From the NCBI GenBank assembly GCA_963677765.1, contig OY782392.1, positions 180,001-212,000 on the forward strand: a DNA stretch of 32,000 bases, in the 5' to 3' direction. The notes below the pieces were generated by a model that saw only the letters and a program-made list of their open reading frames with translations, had not been told where the DNA came from and did not search any database. Made by a program: the position numbers and the translations under genes. This document shows, in pieces, positions 29,580 through 32,000 of this stretch (position 1 is the stretch's first letter; the number at the start of each line of letters is the position of its first letter). This stretch comes from Candidatus Saccharimonadota bacterium. GTDB taxonomy: Bacteria; Patescibacteriota; Gracilibacteria; BD1-5; UBA6164.

Positions 29580-30194
29580 TTAATCTAAGATTTTTACTAC
29601 AAAACCTTCTGGATTTTTTCATCATTTTTTTATAATTTTTGCTTCAACTATATCTCAATCTCTAGCTCAATTTTTTCTTGGACCTGGAATAAAAACATCA
29701 TTATTAGTTCATTCATCTGGTATAACAAAACCAAATCTATCACTATCTTTGAATCTACCTACTACTGTTTCAAATTCGTCTTGAAATATTTTAACAACAA
29801 CAGCTTCTTTTTTTCATTTGAATTCTACTATTTGAGCTTTTACTTTATCTCAATCTTTTGCTCAATTTTTTTTGTTTCAATATACAAAATAACCTTTTTC
29901 TAATCATTCTACATCAATAAATCAAAAATTACCATCTCAAGAACTATATATTCATTCTACAAATTCTTGCTTTATGGGTGCTTCTTTTCAAAAAACTCTA
30001 ACAATTTTTACTTCAGGTTTTTTTCATTTTGTTTTAATTTCTACTCACTCTACCCTATCTCAATCTTCTGCTAATCAAAAATTATTTTTGTTTACATAAA
30101 AATCTCATCAATAGTATTCTCTATCTTCTGGAATTAAAAAACCAAAATTAGATCATCCTTGAAATTTTCAAACTATTTTATCATTATTTTTCAT
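29580..30194 (-). CDS. Stand-alone triple OB-fold (RNase R N-terminal cold-shock-like) repeat protein
   Basis: 204 aa. Three modules: IVGKFQGGSNFGFLIPED...FGLAEDGDRVEGVEI...; VEGIYSSGDGNFGFIDVEG...NGAKDGDKVKAQIVEF...; VVGRFKDSDRFGFVIPDEG...NGARDGDIVEAKIIKK.... No nuclease domain. Frame checked triplet by triplet. Confidence 0.8.
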
Positions 30195-30323
30195 GATTTT
30201 TATATTATTTAACTTTAAAATTTAAAGAATTGTAACTAAATATTTTTTTTTAGCAAAACAATTTGATTTTTTATACACAAATTATATACTTATATAAAAT
30301 AAAATATCCTTAATTATAAAAAT

Positions 30324-31643
30324 ATGTATATTTGTAGTAGTTGTTGAAACGAAAGCCTAAAATGGCAATGACAATGTGGTTTTTGTAAAGAATGGAACAC
30401 ACTAAAAGAGTTTAAAGAAGCAAAAATAACCAGTAATTGAGGAGAAAAATGAGAAGCAAAAGAACTATCAAACTTGAATGATGTAGTTGCTGAAAATAAA
30501 GAAATAAAAATAAAAACAAGCTCTGGAGAGCTAAATAATGTTTTATGATGATGAATTGTTCCATGATGAATTGTATTATTATCTTGAGAGCCAGGTATAT
30601 GAAAATCTACTATAACTATACAATTATCAAATTTTGTAAAAGAAAATAATATAGTATATGTATCTTGAGAAGAAACTAGTTACCAAATAGCAGATAGAGC
30701 AAAAAGACTAGGTATAAAATGAGATAATATGAAGCTTTTAGCTGAAAGCTGTATAGAAGATATTTTAGAAACATTAAGCAAAAATCCATGTGATATACTT
30801 ATTATAGATTCTATTTCTGTAATGCATTCTAAAAATATATCTTGAGTAGCCTGAAGTATAAGCCAAGTAAGATTTATAACTGAATTATTGGTAGCTTATG
30901 CAAAAAAAACTAATACTTCTGTATTTATAATATGACATATAAACAAAGACTGAAATCTAGCATGACCTAAAACTTTGGAACATATGGTAGATACAGTATT
31001 ATATTTTGAATGAGATAAATATGATAATTTAAGAATGCTAAGAGCCTTAAAAAATAGATTTTGAGCTACTAGTGAAGTTTGATTATTTACTATGTGAGAA
31101 AAATGACTAACTGACTTACAAAACCCTTGAATGGAATTTGTAAATTCAACTGATGCAGCTGTTTGATCAAGCCTATCTATAACTATAGAATGAACAAGAC
31201 CTCTTATAGTAGAAACAGAAAGTTTAACTACATATACTAAATTTTGATATCCTAAAAGAAGTGCTAGATGAATAAATAGCTCAAAACTTGATTTGATAGT
31301 AGCAGTATTATGAAAATATACCAATGTAAAACTTGAAGCTTATGATGTTTACACAAATATTGCTAGATGATTAAAAATAGAAGAACCCTGAATAGATTTA
31401 TCTTTGGCTGTATCAATAATATCTAGTAAAACAAATAAAGCATTACCTAAAGACTCTATTTTTATAGGAGAAATTTCACTTACTGGAAAAATAAAAAAAC
31501 CAATTCATCTAGAAAAAAGAATAAAAGAAGCTGAAAAAATGTGATTTAAAAATGTATATATTCCTGATTGTGAAATAAGTTCTAAAAAAACTAATTTAAT
31601 AAAACTAAAAACAGTTTCTGATTTAATAAAAAACACTAATTAA
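30324..31643 (+). CDS. radA: DNA repair protein RadA/Sms
   Basis: 439 aa. MYICSSCGNESLKWQGQCGFCKEWNTL (zinc finger). [27 protein letters not shown] (Walker A at ~30585-30611, two Gly as TGA). KNRFGATSEVGLF. Lon-like C-terminal domain. The antisense track ORF 30896-31324(-) is a shadow. Confidence 0.95.
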
Positions 31644-31659
31644 AAATTAGTGTTTTTTT
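31628..31659. terminator. Bidirectional terminator (radA / convergent transporter gene)
   Basis: ACACTAATT-aaa-AATTAGTGT stem (31633-31653) with A-run and T-run. Overlaps the radA stop. Confidence 0.65.
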
Positions 31660-31662
31660 ATT

Positions 31663-32000
31663 TTAAAATAATTTAAATACATAAAACTGTAAATAAAAAA
31701 CTCAAATAGATACTATATATCATAAAAATATTATTGGAAAATATCTCATATGTGCTCAAAATGTATAAAATCATCTCATTTTTGACATAACTCATATTCA
31801 AGCTGCACTTCAAAAACTTATTAAGGAACCTCATATTCACACACACAAAGTAAGAAGTAACCATCATGCAGTATCAATATCTATAGGTGATTTTAAAACA
31901 GCACTCATGACAGGTATATTATCTACAATAGAAGATAAAAATCATATAATTATACTAGAATTGATAACTCAAAAATATTCATAAAAATTTGCTATATAAT
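31663..32000 (-). CDS. Membrane transporter, C-terminal ~111 codons (ArsB/NhaD-type ion transporter-like); start outside window
   Basis: Minus frame with stop TAA (plus tta 31663-31665) is open to the window edge under table 25. Translation: ...SSIVDNIPVMSAVLKSPIDIDTAGWLLLTLCVGIGGSLISFGSAAGIGVMSKMRGFYTFGAHMRYFPIILGYIVSIGVFYLQFYVFKLF. Hydrophobic, with an NhaD/ArsB-like DNxP...GGSxxxxGSAAG pattern. Confidence 0.55.

Noticed and set aside
28855-29600. Intact integrative element or prophage at tRNA-Leu
   Set aside because: There is no integrase or any other mobile-element gene between or next to the repeats. The repeats include non-tRNA spacer and are only ~104 nt apart. At most this is a scar; I report it as att-like only.
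30896-31324. Track ORF 30896-31324(-), 142 aa
   Set aside because: Antisense to the central, highly conserved part of radA. No start context and no recognisable motifs.
31673-31867. Track ORF 31673-31867(-), 64 aa
   Set aside because: It is out of frame with a longer table-25 reading frame on the same strand (stop at 31663-31665, open to the window edge) whose product looks like an NhaD/ArsB-type transporter C-terminus.
1-32000. Interpretation as a decayed, pseudogene-rich or largely non-coding AT-rich region, because standard-code ORFs are all short
   Set aside because: Reading TGA as sense restores full-length, motif-complete RecG, RadA, ThrRS, TrpRS, RNase R and others, with lengths that are exact multiples of 3 and no TAA/TAG interruptions. 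The fragmentation is a genetic-code artefact.
1-32000. Mycoplasma/Spiroplasma-type code 4 (TGA = Trp)
   Set aside because: TGA coincides with invariant glycines (Walker A GxxGxGKS/T, RGRVGRG, GxGxxG, Fic GNG, ELGG). Trp is separately encoded by TGG at normal Trp positions (for example KWQ and EWNTL in RadA). Gly (code 25) fits; Trp does not.
1-32000. CRISPR arrays, rRNA genes, transposases/IS elements
   Set aside because: I saw no regularly spaced short repeats, no rRNA-like GC-rich conserved stretches, and no transposase or integrase-like translation in any table-25 frame I examined.

Overview
Very AT-rich bacterial chromosomal window (hand-sampled lines about 20-28% GC). Under the standard code only short ORF fragments appear. 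Reading TGA as glycine (translation table 25, the Gracilibacteria / Absconditabacteria-SR1 type recoding) gives a dense, ordinary gene map. TGA falls on invariant Gly positions of RadA, RecG, ThrRS, RsmG and a Fic motif, and it is the majority Gly codon in native genes. With that code I hand-translated 24 CDS. Housekeeping genes: recG, rsmG, tsaC, trpS, thrS, rnr, radA. Accessory metabolic genes: AstE/AspA-like deacylase, GCS2-like ligase, HI0933-type flavoprotein, aldehyde dehydrogenase, acetolactate-synthase-like ThDP enzyme, PPK2. Probable cell-surface / host-interaction block at 19.1-26.5 kb: an 836-aa type-IV-pilin-headed protein, a Fic protein, a 792-aa lipoprotein-like adhesin with a 99%-identical 282-bp tandem duplication, and a lambda-lysozyme-like muralytic protein. 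Also present are one tRNA-Leu(CAA) and many hairpin terminators. Four things stand out. (1) Three isolated genes (dapD, a 134-aa ORF, a 71-aa ORF) have no in-frame TGA, roughly double the local GC, strong Shine-Dalgarno sites that no native gene here has, TAA stops, and a shared post-stop A-run+GGAG/GGTGG motif; they look like unameliorated acquisitions from standard-code bacteria. (2) A 28-nt tRNA-Ala/tmRNA-like acceptor microhelix (G3:U70, ACCA) lies in the leader of tRNA-Leu. (3) A ~193-nt-period duplication of the tRNA-Leu 3' end plus downstream spacer lies next to one of the foreign genes. (4) A free-standing triple-OB paralog of the RNase R N-terminus lies on the other side of that locus. 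All coordinates and translations were derived by hand; hairpin limits are +/- a few nt, and all homology statements come from motif recognition, not database searches.
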